From Ginglymostoma cirratum (Eukaryota): a stretch of 64,000 bases of DNA. The notes beneath the pieces are model-generated. The model was given only the letters and a program-made list of their open reading frames with translations. It ran no database searches and was not told the origin of the DNA. This document shows, in pieces, positions 55,690 through 64,000 of this stretch (positions are counted from its first letter, which is position 1; every line of letters starts with the position of its first letter). Both the position numbers and the translations under genes were made by a program. The stretch covers positions 7,282,093-7,346,092 of the forward strand of contig JAHRHZ010000084.1 of the NCBI GenBank assembly GCA_024137785.1, read 5' to 3'.

Positions 55690-55897
55690 GTAAGTGAAAC
55701 TGCATCAGATGCAGGCAAATTATGTGATCTGAGCTTTTATAATTAGAGGAAAATCCAGTGATACCCAATTCTTGTTGACCTCGCTGTACAATGGACATTG
55801 ATTTCCTTTTGGCATTTTGCGCCATTTCTCCGCATCTATTCCACGGCTCATTGTGATCATGATATGGAGGTTCCGGTGTTGGACGGGGGTGTACAAG

Positions 55898-56045
55898 GTC
55901 AGAAATCACACGACAACAGCTGATAGACCAACAGGTTTATTTGAAAACACAAGCTTTTGGAGCCTCAGTCTGAAGAAGAAATAAGGCTCCGAAAGCTTAA
56001 GACTTCAAATAAATCTTTTGGACTATAACCTGGTGTCATGCGATT
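55898..56045. mobile_element. Intronic hairpin Penelope-terminus mini-element with hammerhead-like core
   Basis: cacacgacaacagctgatagaccaacaggtttatttgaa vs ttcaaataaatcttttggactataacctggtgtcatgcg; CTGAAGA..GAAAGCTT at 55970. Confidence 0.75.
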
Positions 56046-56184
56046 TCTAACATTATCATTATGACCTTGTACTGTGTTGTTAATGTAATGATTGGCTTTT
56101 TGGTGCGGGAGCAGTTGACATTGCACCAAAAGAGTGAAAAAGGACAACTGTTGAAATCTTGGGATGAAGTTAATTCATGCAATA

Positions 56185-56720
56185 AGATAAAATAAAGAAC
56201 TGTCGATGCTGGAACCCTGAAGCAAAAATAGAAGTTGCCAGAGAAACTCAGCAAGTCCAGCAATATCTGTGTGATATCAGATTCAGCTGATCTTTAAAGT
56301 CCAGCGATCCTTCTTCAGAATGGTTCTGCAGAAAGGGCGCTAGACTCGAAACGTTAACTCACCTATTGCTTCATATATAGCCTCAAAATAAGAGGAAGAA
56401 GATTTAGGACGGAGGGATCTGGAGGAAATTCTTCACGCAAAGGGTTGTCATTCCGTGGAATTCCCTGTGCAGTGAAGCAATGGAGGCTATCTACCTCGTT
56501 GAATACTTTAAGGCAAAGATAGATAAATGTTTGAACAGTGAAGTCATTAAGGGTTATCGTGAGTGGGCGGGCAAGTGGAGCTGAGTCCACGAAAAGGTCA
56601 ACCATGATCGTACTGATTGGCAGAGCATGCTCGGCGGGTCAGTGACATACTGCTGCAACTACTTTTCATCTTCGAATGCTGTCAGACCTAATGAGTTTCC
56701 AGCAATTTCTGTCTTTGTGT
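56185..56720. mobile_element. Intronic hairpin mini-element split by a CR1 3' fragment (about 56375-56670)
   Basis: Left arm 56190-56270, back-to-back cores 56295-56360, right arm resumes at about 56676. Confidence 0.65.
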
Positions 56721-57021
56721 CGTGGTGCTCGATTTACATCTAACCAAAATGATGGTGCTAAAATGTGACAATGGAAACAATGTTGATACAAAAGCAATGT
56801 ACTAGAGCTATTGAAAATTTGGAATGCTAACAGAAATTACTTGAAACGTGTCTGAGCATCGACAGAGGTAATACTACATAAGAATTAGAAATAAGAATGG
56901 GCCTGCGCCCCTCAAGTTTACTCAGCTACTCAATTAAATTATGCCTAATCTGATTGTGGTATCAACTGCACGTTCCTGTACGCCTTGAAATTCTTGGACT
57001 TCCTCATTAATCAAACAGGCA

Positions 57022-57055
57022 ATTAACGTTTCAGGTCATAATCTTTCATCAGAAC
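57022..57055 (-). ncRNA. Minimal type I hammerhead ribozyme-like motif (intronic, antisense)
   Basis: Reverse complement reads guu-CUGAUGA-aagauuaugaccu-GAAACGUU-aau. Confidence 0.5.
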
Positions 57056-58503
57056 ATTTAAAATACCTCCTAAATCAATTATTTTAAACATGGTTGTATA
57101 GAACACTTAATAATTTCCAACAATGTGCATTGATTTTAGGTAAAGCTGAATGATAATATACCACAGCCATCAATATTCAACCATCACAAGGTAACATTTC
57201 GACCTCCAAATTGCCGATCAAAACATTCTGTAGTAAATCCTTCAAACTTTGAGATGGATATCAAGGAAAATTAATCCAGAGGCTCAGTGGAATAGAATAA
57301 AACTGGACAAAGGAAGTTCAGGTACAATTCAATCATAACCTAAGTGAATGATGGGGTAAGTTCAAGGACGCAATTGCATAGTGTTTTGGCTGTGCATTTT
57401 CCCAAGACTAACAAGCTTGAAACGCCAACGCTCTTCTAACAAACGAATCACATGATTCAGTGAGATGGCAAGTGTTGTTCTTGCTGTCACTGCTTGATTC
57501 TATCCCCAATCCAAAAGCTTTCAGGGCACTGAAGTTACCCCTTGGCCCTGTTTGACGCTCTGCCGTCTACCCACTGGATCGTTTCTTATGCAGGCAAAAC
57601 AGGCAAAGTGAAGGAAGGATAGTACCAAACATATCTAAAAAAAAACTTTGTATCCCTGCATTTGCAATTTATTAATTCGATGCAATGGGACTTTTGACTG
57701 GAGACCAAGATAATACTTTTCTTTCTCCACGAGAATTCTGTGATATCTGAAAGAGATCCTTGGGGAAAATGTAACATTTCTCAGCTTTTGCTGGCAATAA
57801 CCTTTAGCATAAATTTGGAAGTGGATCAAATATCTAATTTACTAATTCGGTCGCATTAAAAATTCAGAAGCCTTAAACGTGCCGAAAACAGTTGTTAAGG
57901 ATATTGATTCTAATAAACATCGGAACAATGCAAATCCATTTCTATTACCCTCAGCTAAGCACTGATTGCAGATTGAGAGGGCACAAGTTCACTTCAATAA
58001 ATAGTGAATTAGAATTGATATTTCAAATGGCGTAGGTTCAGACCAAGAAGGGAATGTGAATTGGGAACATAAATGACTCAGCAATGACCTTATTGAAGGT
58101 TGGATCAGTCTCAAAGGGTCGAATTGCCTACCCATTGGACGACCTACTCCAGCTTCCAATTCATATGTAAACAGGCAGAATCTGTTCCAGAAAAACAAAT
58201 GTTCAACAAAGCAATTTCTCTTACAGAAGGGTAAAAAGCCTGGGATTACGTAATACCTCCGCCTTATTAGAGATTTTCTACCCAGGTTCATCCTCCTTGT
58301 GCATCGTTTGCAAAATATCCCAACATTTCGCCATGCATTTCTTTAAAAATAAATGCATAGACAATGTTTAAAATACGATCACAACGAAAACTGCTGTCAC
58401 TTTAGGAATGGAACAGTATTGTTGCGGAAGGGGGTGGATTAGAAAGTTTGAAAGAAGAAAATTTTAATTATTCTTTTTTAAAATGTTTTACTTCCTGTTA
58501 CAG

Positions 58504-58800
58504 TTCCTCCGACCCTCCTGAAAATCATTTCCGTAGAAAGGATTTCAGGGAATTATTTGAAATTCGTGTGTAAAACGATTGCCTTTTATCCGGAGGATTT
58601 AGGAATCTCCTGGTTAAGAGATGGTGTCAAAATTCAGGCCGGAATAGAAACTGTGAAAAACAAGACTGTACATGGTCTTTATGCAGTTACCAGTTCGTTG
58701 GAAGATGCACAGCCTGTGCCGAACGGTGTCGTTTATACTTGCTTGGTATCTCATGCCTGTCTTAAGGTGCCCACAAGCGTCAGCTACACCTTTAATCGAG
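58504..58800 (+). CDS. IgSF C1-set domain exon
   Basis: Acceptor cttcctgttacag|, donor |gtaaga, phase 1-1; FVCKTIAFYPEDLGISWLRDG, GLYAVTSSL, YTCLVSH C1 hallmarks. Confidence 0.93.
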
Positions 58801-59399
58801 GTAAGATTGAAAATTGTCCAAGTAGAGAGTTGGGGGTTGAAGTGGGAATAAGATCCTCAATGCGTATTTCAAGACTTTGGACAGCTGTTCTAATTCAAGT
58901 ATAGTGCGTGAATGCGACAGTTGTTTATTCTCAAAGCCGCAGCGATGGAAACACTATAAAATATTCGAAGCTGTCTCGCAGGTGCAGGTTGGCGAATAGC
59001 TCCCTGCAATGACTGGAAATTGAATGTTCACGTGAAAGCTACTGAAAAGTTGAGGACTTGACAATTTTTGTTTTGCTAAATGAAGCGAATGTACTGATAA
59101 AATGGATTATTTCCGTCCAAGTAATTTATACGAGCTGTACATGTACATTGTTCATCCTATTCAGCTGATCTCAGCACAACAATGTCTTTAATCCACACTT
59201 CGAAAATTCTGCCCTCTCCATCTCCCACCGTGTCTTTCCTACTTTAAAACGCTTCTTGAACCTTATTTCTTTCTGTCCTAAGATCACTCAATTTTTGGAT
59301 GATAATGCTCTGTGAAGTGTCTGAGAATTATTTCAAGCCGGTTAAAGGCGCAATATAATTGCAAGTTATTCTTGTTATGTACACTAAAAGTTGCAGTAG

Positions 59400-59790
59400 G
59401 TGTTACCTGGGATGTCCGGAGAAAGGTGTCATTGAACGTACAAACCCATAAGTACTCTGCAGGGTAATGAGGGAAGGATGTTTCCAGCGGTGAAAGGTCT
59501 GGTACCAGAGAACCCAGTTTCGGAATAATGGGCAGGTCATTTAAGACTAAGTGAAGAGGAATTTCTTCAACCACAGGGTGGTGAATCTTTGGATTTCTCC
59601 AGCCCAGAATGCTGAGAAAAATCAGTGACTGAGAGTATGAAATTCTGCGATTAACAAATTCCCAGAGGTTATGTAAATAGTGCAGAAAATCGCACCGAGG
59701 AAGATCAGTCATAACCTAGTTGAATGGCGAAACATGCTCGAGGGTCCCAAAGTCTACCCCTGCTCCGTTTTATTACGATTCTTTGTAACA
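59400..59790 (+). mobile_element. CR1 LINE 3' end
   Basis: aggaatttcttcaaccacagggtggtgaatctttgg (RNFF..RVV..W) plus CR1 tail. Confidence 0.75.
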
Positions 59791-61785
59791 GCCGCTAGGA
59801 AGTGACAACTTTGCCAGATCTCGTAACTGTTGTACATCAGACTGGTTTAAGACAAAGAGTGAATAGGTGCACATTCCTTTAAAATAGCAAACAATGCTCG
59901 TAAGCTGACGGGAGTTTGCTGTGCCTTTAAATCATGAAATGCAATCACTCCATAAAATGCATTTCTGATCTTCAGTTGATGTCCTCTGATGCTCATTAAG
60001 GCACATATACAGCTGTTCCCGACGAAATTGAAATGGTCTAACCTAGCTAACAGACGAGTTATGCTGAGAGACAGCTTTGCAACTGATCGTGTTGCGCAAG
60101 AAGCTCTGCACATGTAACTCACTGTGTTCCACACTCATAGATGTATATCAGTCATAGCAACATGTGCATAAAATGCATCTAAGTAGCAGGTTTCCAGGAA
60201 TGTTCCGTAAATGAACAGGAGGTGTGGGCTCAATTCCTACTCTCTGCCAGATGTGTGTCATCTCATCTCTAAGCATGTTGATTAGAAAATATCAACGGAA
60301 GAATTATTGAACAGGAAGTAGAAGATAAGTCTCTCGTTGTCTGCTGGGATGGTCGTGAGGGTAGAGTGGGTTTTTATTGAATTTTTGCTCCAGAATGATA
60401 CAGCTTTCCTTCACGACTGCAGCAGAGCGTCGGTCTGGAAATATGTCATGAAGGCACTTCGGCGGGACTGGAGCCCATGTACTCCTACCTCACGAAAAGA
60501 GTGCTACCGCTGAACCAACGCTGACATATCTGTATTACTGTCATTATTTAAATATATATTGTACGAAGCCTGAGCCGAAAACTTTCTAATATAGCCAGAA
60601 TTCTTATCTCAAACATGAAGACTAAAGACAGCAGTTGTGGTGTCACTGTTTTATTCCCAGTTCTGAGTTTCATAGATGAAGAGTCAGAATTCATGCTGCA
60701 TCGTTCCTGTCAACGGAAGCATGTTTTGGCAATGCAACACGCGTAACCATTTCCAATCACTTCAGTAATAGACGATAAAGTTTTGCTAAAGAAAGTAAAT
60801 ATGTATTGCAACGCGATTTTACTTCATTTGTAATTGAGGGACAATGATGAAACACCATTATTGCCAGAGTCCTCCCAAAAGACACAAGCCTTTATAAAAG
60901 GACTTAAAATTCCCCTATTTTAACTGTTGTTTTGAGGTCAGCTGACAGAAAGCACTGATTGGGTTTCTGTGCTAAAAAATTATTGTTTGTCATGAACGGT
61001 TTCAAGATACTAGCAGACTATTGCGAATTGTCCACATGTGACTACTAGTTAAAACTGTAACTCCCTTGTAAAACTGCTCCGACACACCCATTCAGACAAC
61101 CAAAAGAAAGTATGGGTACACAGGTGGATGGAAAGACTGGGAAGACAGTTTATTGACTCCTGTCCACCTGCTGAAATGATCCTTTTGGCTTATCGGGCTT
61201 GGTGCTCTTCCATCTTCTTTCTTCAAGTACTTTCAGTTGCTTTCATGAGGCACAGGCCGAGTGACAATTCATAAAGGTTCTGACTTATTAGATTGGCACG
61301 AGAGATTACAACAACAAATGAGGGAAAGCACGCAGCTTTCTTCAGTTATGTACTGCTTTTCTAACGGTGAATAAAAGGGCAGCTCCCTCATTTCAGAGGT
61401 CTAATTGGTTCTCATCAAACATTCACTCCCACAAGCTGTTCAGCCACCTGGGAGACAAACCCACAGGCAGAGGCGATTGTCATCGACAACTGCTCACCAT
61501 TCCAGACTCTGTTCAGCCACTTGCTACCAGTTAACTGCCATTTGTACTCCAGTTGTCTGCAGCTGAACTTCCCCACTACAGACACCATGACAGCCAAAGG
61601 TGTGCACTAGTGTTTTGTTTTAGGGTGGCAGTCAGTTTTAGCACTGCTACCCAATGATTCATCTATCAAGGGTTAACAGCAGCAAGCTAAATAGTTTTGT
61701 TTTGTTTAATTTAATATTCGCTGCGTGGTATACAAAGTCATACGATTACAAAATTGCCTTAAAAGTCACTTTGCAGTCACTAGGC

Positions 61786-62078
61786 GGAGATGATGGCCTA
61801 GTGGTATTAGCGCTGGACTGTTAATCCAGAGACCTGGGCTCATATCCCAGACACATGGCAGAATTTGAATTCAATACATGTCTGGAATTAAGAATCTGTG
61901 AATCATTGTCGGTGGCGAGGAAGAACCCCATCTGGTTCACTAATGTCCTTTAAGGATGGAAACTGCTGACATGTGACTCCAGGCCCACAGCGATGTGGTT
62001 GACTCCGGACAATTGTGTGTGGTCAATAAATGCTGCCTAGCCAGCGATGCTCTCATCACGTTAATGAGTTTTTAAAAA
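61786..62078 (+). mobile_element. tRNA-derived SINE
   Basis: TGGCCTAGTGG A box; same body and tail as 27205-27562. Confidence 0.85.
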
Positions 62079-62669
62079 GCAAAGGTATTTGTTCGTGTTT
62101 TCTCAATCTGGTTGAGAAAAGCCACAGACGAAGCTCTTGTTTAAATGTTGAAACAATTAACTCTTTATATCCTTGCGAGTATTTTCTTTGATTTATGAAT
62201 TAAGTTGTTCATCTCACGAAAAAATCCAAAATTTCTAATACGTTATATTGAGCTTGGTTGTGTTAAGATACTCAGCTGCACAAGATAGCAACGGAGTAGA
62301 ATGATCCAGCTGGAGCTCCTCTGCTCCGCTCGGTCGTTTTTTCTTTTCCTTTTTATTTCTTCTTCTCTAATCCCTTCTCCCATCATCACACACCTGGCCT
62401 GGACGCCAAAGCGGCGTCGGTGGTCAGCAGAGATGCTAGCGGCCAGGGTAACAATGCCAGTGACCAGTGGTCACAGCGGGGACAAATGTCACCAGTGGCC
62501 CAAAGTAGGGACACCAGTGCTCAGCGGCTGCAGTGTGAACACCAGCAACTGGAGTGGCAACGCTGGTAAGCAGCAGCCAATGTCAGCACGCTGGCAACCA
62601 GTGACCAGAACAGGAATGCCAGCAAGCCCTTGTGCGAAGCAACGAAACCAGCGGCCAGAGTAGATGGCA

Positions 62670-63730
62670 TTTACTGCTGCCATGTCAATGTGTGGTGCAG
62701 TTGGTGAATATTTGAGGCTGTGAATTGGGATCAAATCAAGTGGGCTTCTTTGCCTCAGGTGTCGTCCAGCTTCTTGAGTGTCATTAAAAATGTATTCATT
62801 CAGGCAAATCATGAGTATCCCATCAAATTCCTCAAGTCTTCCCGGTAGGTAATGGATAGATTTTGAAGAAATAAGAGGCTGCAGAATTCGAAGCCTCCAT
62901 CTTAGTCAAGTATATGTCTAGCCCAATTCAGTTCCTGGTCAATGTAACCCTTGGTGCGTCAAATGTGGGAAATTCAGCAATCAGGTGCCAGTGATTGTAA
63001 AGAGAGATAGTTAGATTCTCTCTTGTTGGAAATGGTCATTGCCTGGTACTGGTGAGGTGTGAATGTTACTTGTCACTTTTCAGCTCAAGATGGGATTGTG
63101 CTTTGGTTTTCCTGCACTTGGTCAAGAACTTTTTCATTTTCTGAGAAGCTGCAAATGGTATTGAAAACTGTATGATCATGCACGCTGTTGAGTTTATGTT
63201 AGAGGCAAGTTCAGGAAGAAGCAGGCAAGGTGGTTGGGACAGGACACTGTTATGTTGTTGCATAGTAACATCCATTATTGAAATAATTGACATATAAAAA
63301 AGCAAATCGCCCTTTCTGCTCGATATGACTCCAACCAATGGTATGTTCTAACGAGCCTCATCACCACCAGCCCTTCACCTCCACATCCCACCCTATTCCC
63401 ATTGACTCCAGTTTCTCTAAGGCTCCTTAACACCATACTCGGTCAACTCCTTAGTCTTAAGGGCAGACACATTCACATCACATCTGGAGTTCAACTCTTC
63501 GATTGATGCTTGAACCAATACTACAATGCAGTCAGAAGTTCCTTCACTGTCACTTGGTCAAAATCCTGGAATTCCCTCCCTTACACTATTATTGCTCGGT
63601 CAAATCAATGCATATGGACTGCAGTGGTCCAAGAAGGCAACTCTCCATCACCTTCCCACAGGCAACTAGTGATGGACAATAAACACTGGACCGTTAGGGA
63701 TGCCCATGTCCCACAGGTGAGCAAAATAAG
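62670..63730. mobile_element. CR1-clade LINE relics (minus strand to about 63510, plus-strand 3' tail about 63530-63730)
   Basis: Reverse similarity to 32650-33550; tail similar to 33820-33995. Confidence 0.7.
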
Positions 63731-64000
63731 ACCTAGTGGAACTCAAATTGAACCTCAGTGTTTTTGTTATTGAAGTACAAGTTTCACCTGATGAAGCTGT
63801 CCCTGAACTTTCTATCTCTTTGTAGAAACTAAACAGTAGTGTAATGGGACGTTAATTGCCCAACGTTTCCTTTGGGTTGCTTTTTGTATATAGGCATACC
63901 TAGATCACTTTTCATTGCTGTGTGGACACCAGCATTGTAGCTTAGCACAAAAGGCTTGGTTAGGTTGCCTGCCTGGTTTGGGAAGACACATCTGCACTGT

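Larger units (their letters stand above)
26280..55790 (+). repeat. Tandem segmental duplication, copy B (extra segments at about 30550-36830 and 50862-55150)
   Basis: Collinear similarity to copy A including shared old TEs, the microsatellite and the V exon. Confidence 0.85.

Noticed and set aside
14672-57936. Several octamer motifs (ATTTGCAT/ATGCAAAT)
   Set aside because: The count is near chance expectation for AT-rich 64 kb, none was seen just upstream of a V exon, and the 14672 site is not conserved in copy B
55381-58800. Calling the gene a rearranging Ig/TCR locus or assigning a gene symbol
   Set aside because: No RSS or separate D/J segments seen; orthology cannot be established from the sequence alone
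60661-61260. Candidate TM exon after C1
   Set aside because: The acceptor at 60660 leads to a non-hydrophobic frame with an early stop; the hydrophobic patch near 61180 lacks splice sites
1-64000. Most short ORFs in the six-frame track; CRISPR arrays or prokaryotic operons
   Set aside because: The ORFs are TE debris or chance frames; the DNA is intron-containing eukaryotic sequence with no repeat-spacer array

Overview
This is AT-rich, repeat-dense eukaryotic genomic DNA. It is most likely from a cartilaginous fish (shark), inferred from its CR1/Penelope/tRNA-SINE repertoire. Almost all ORFs in the supplied track are spurious or are retroelement debris. The real signal is part of a tandem cluster of immunoglobulin-superfamily receptor genes on the + strand. 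(i) An intact-looking gene has a V-set exon ending in a J-like G strand (55381-55689) and a C1-set exon (58504-58800). No RSS was seen and the TM/tail exons were not found in the window. (ii) A paralogous V pseudo-exon at 24636-25013 is missed by the ORF track; it has lost the first Cys, has two stops, a Penelope insertion and a dead donor. (iii) An orphan 44-nt exon at 4129-4172 probably belongs to the tail of an upstream paralog. These elements sit in an old tandem segmental duplication (about 4.4-25.1 kb vs 26.3-55.8 kb) with copy-specific TE insertions, indels and a small inversion. Penelope-derived termini scatter many minimal hammerhead-ribozyme core motifs across the window, often within hairpin-forming mini-elements. 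Repeat boundaries and identities were estimated by eye.
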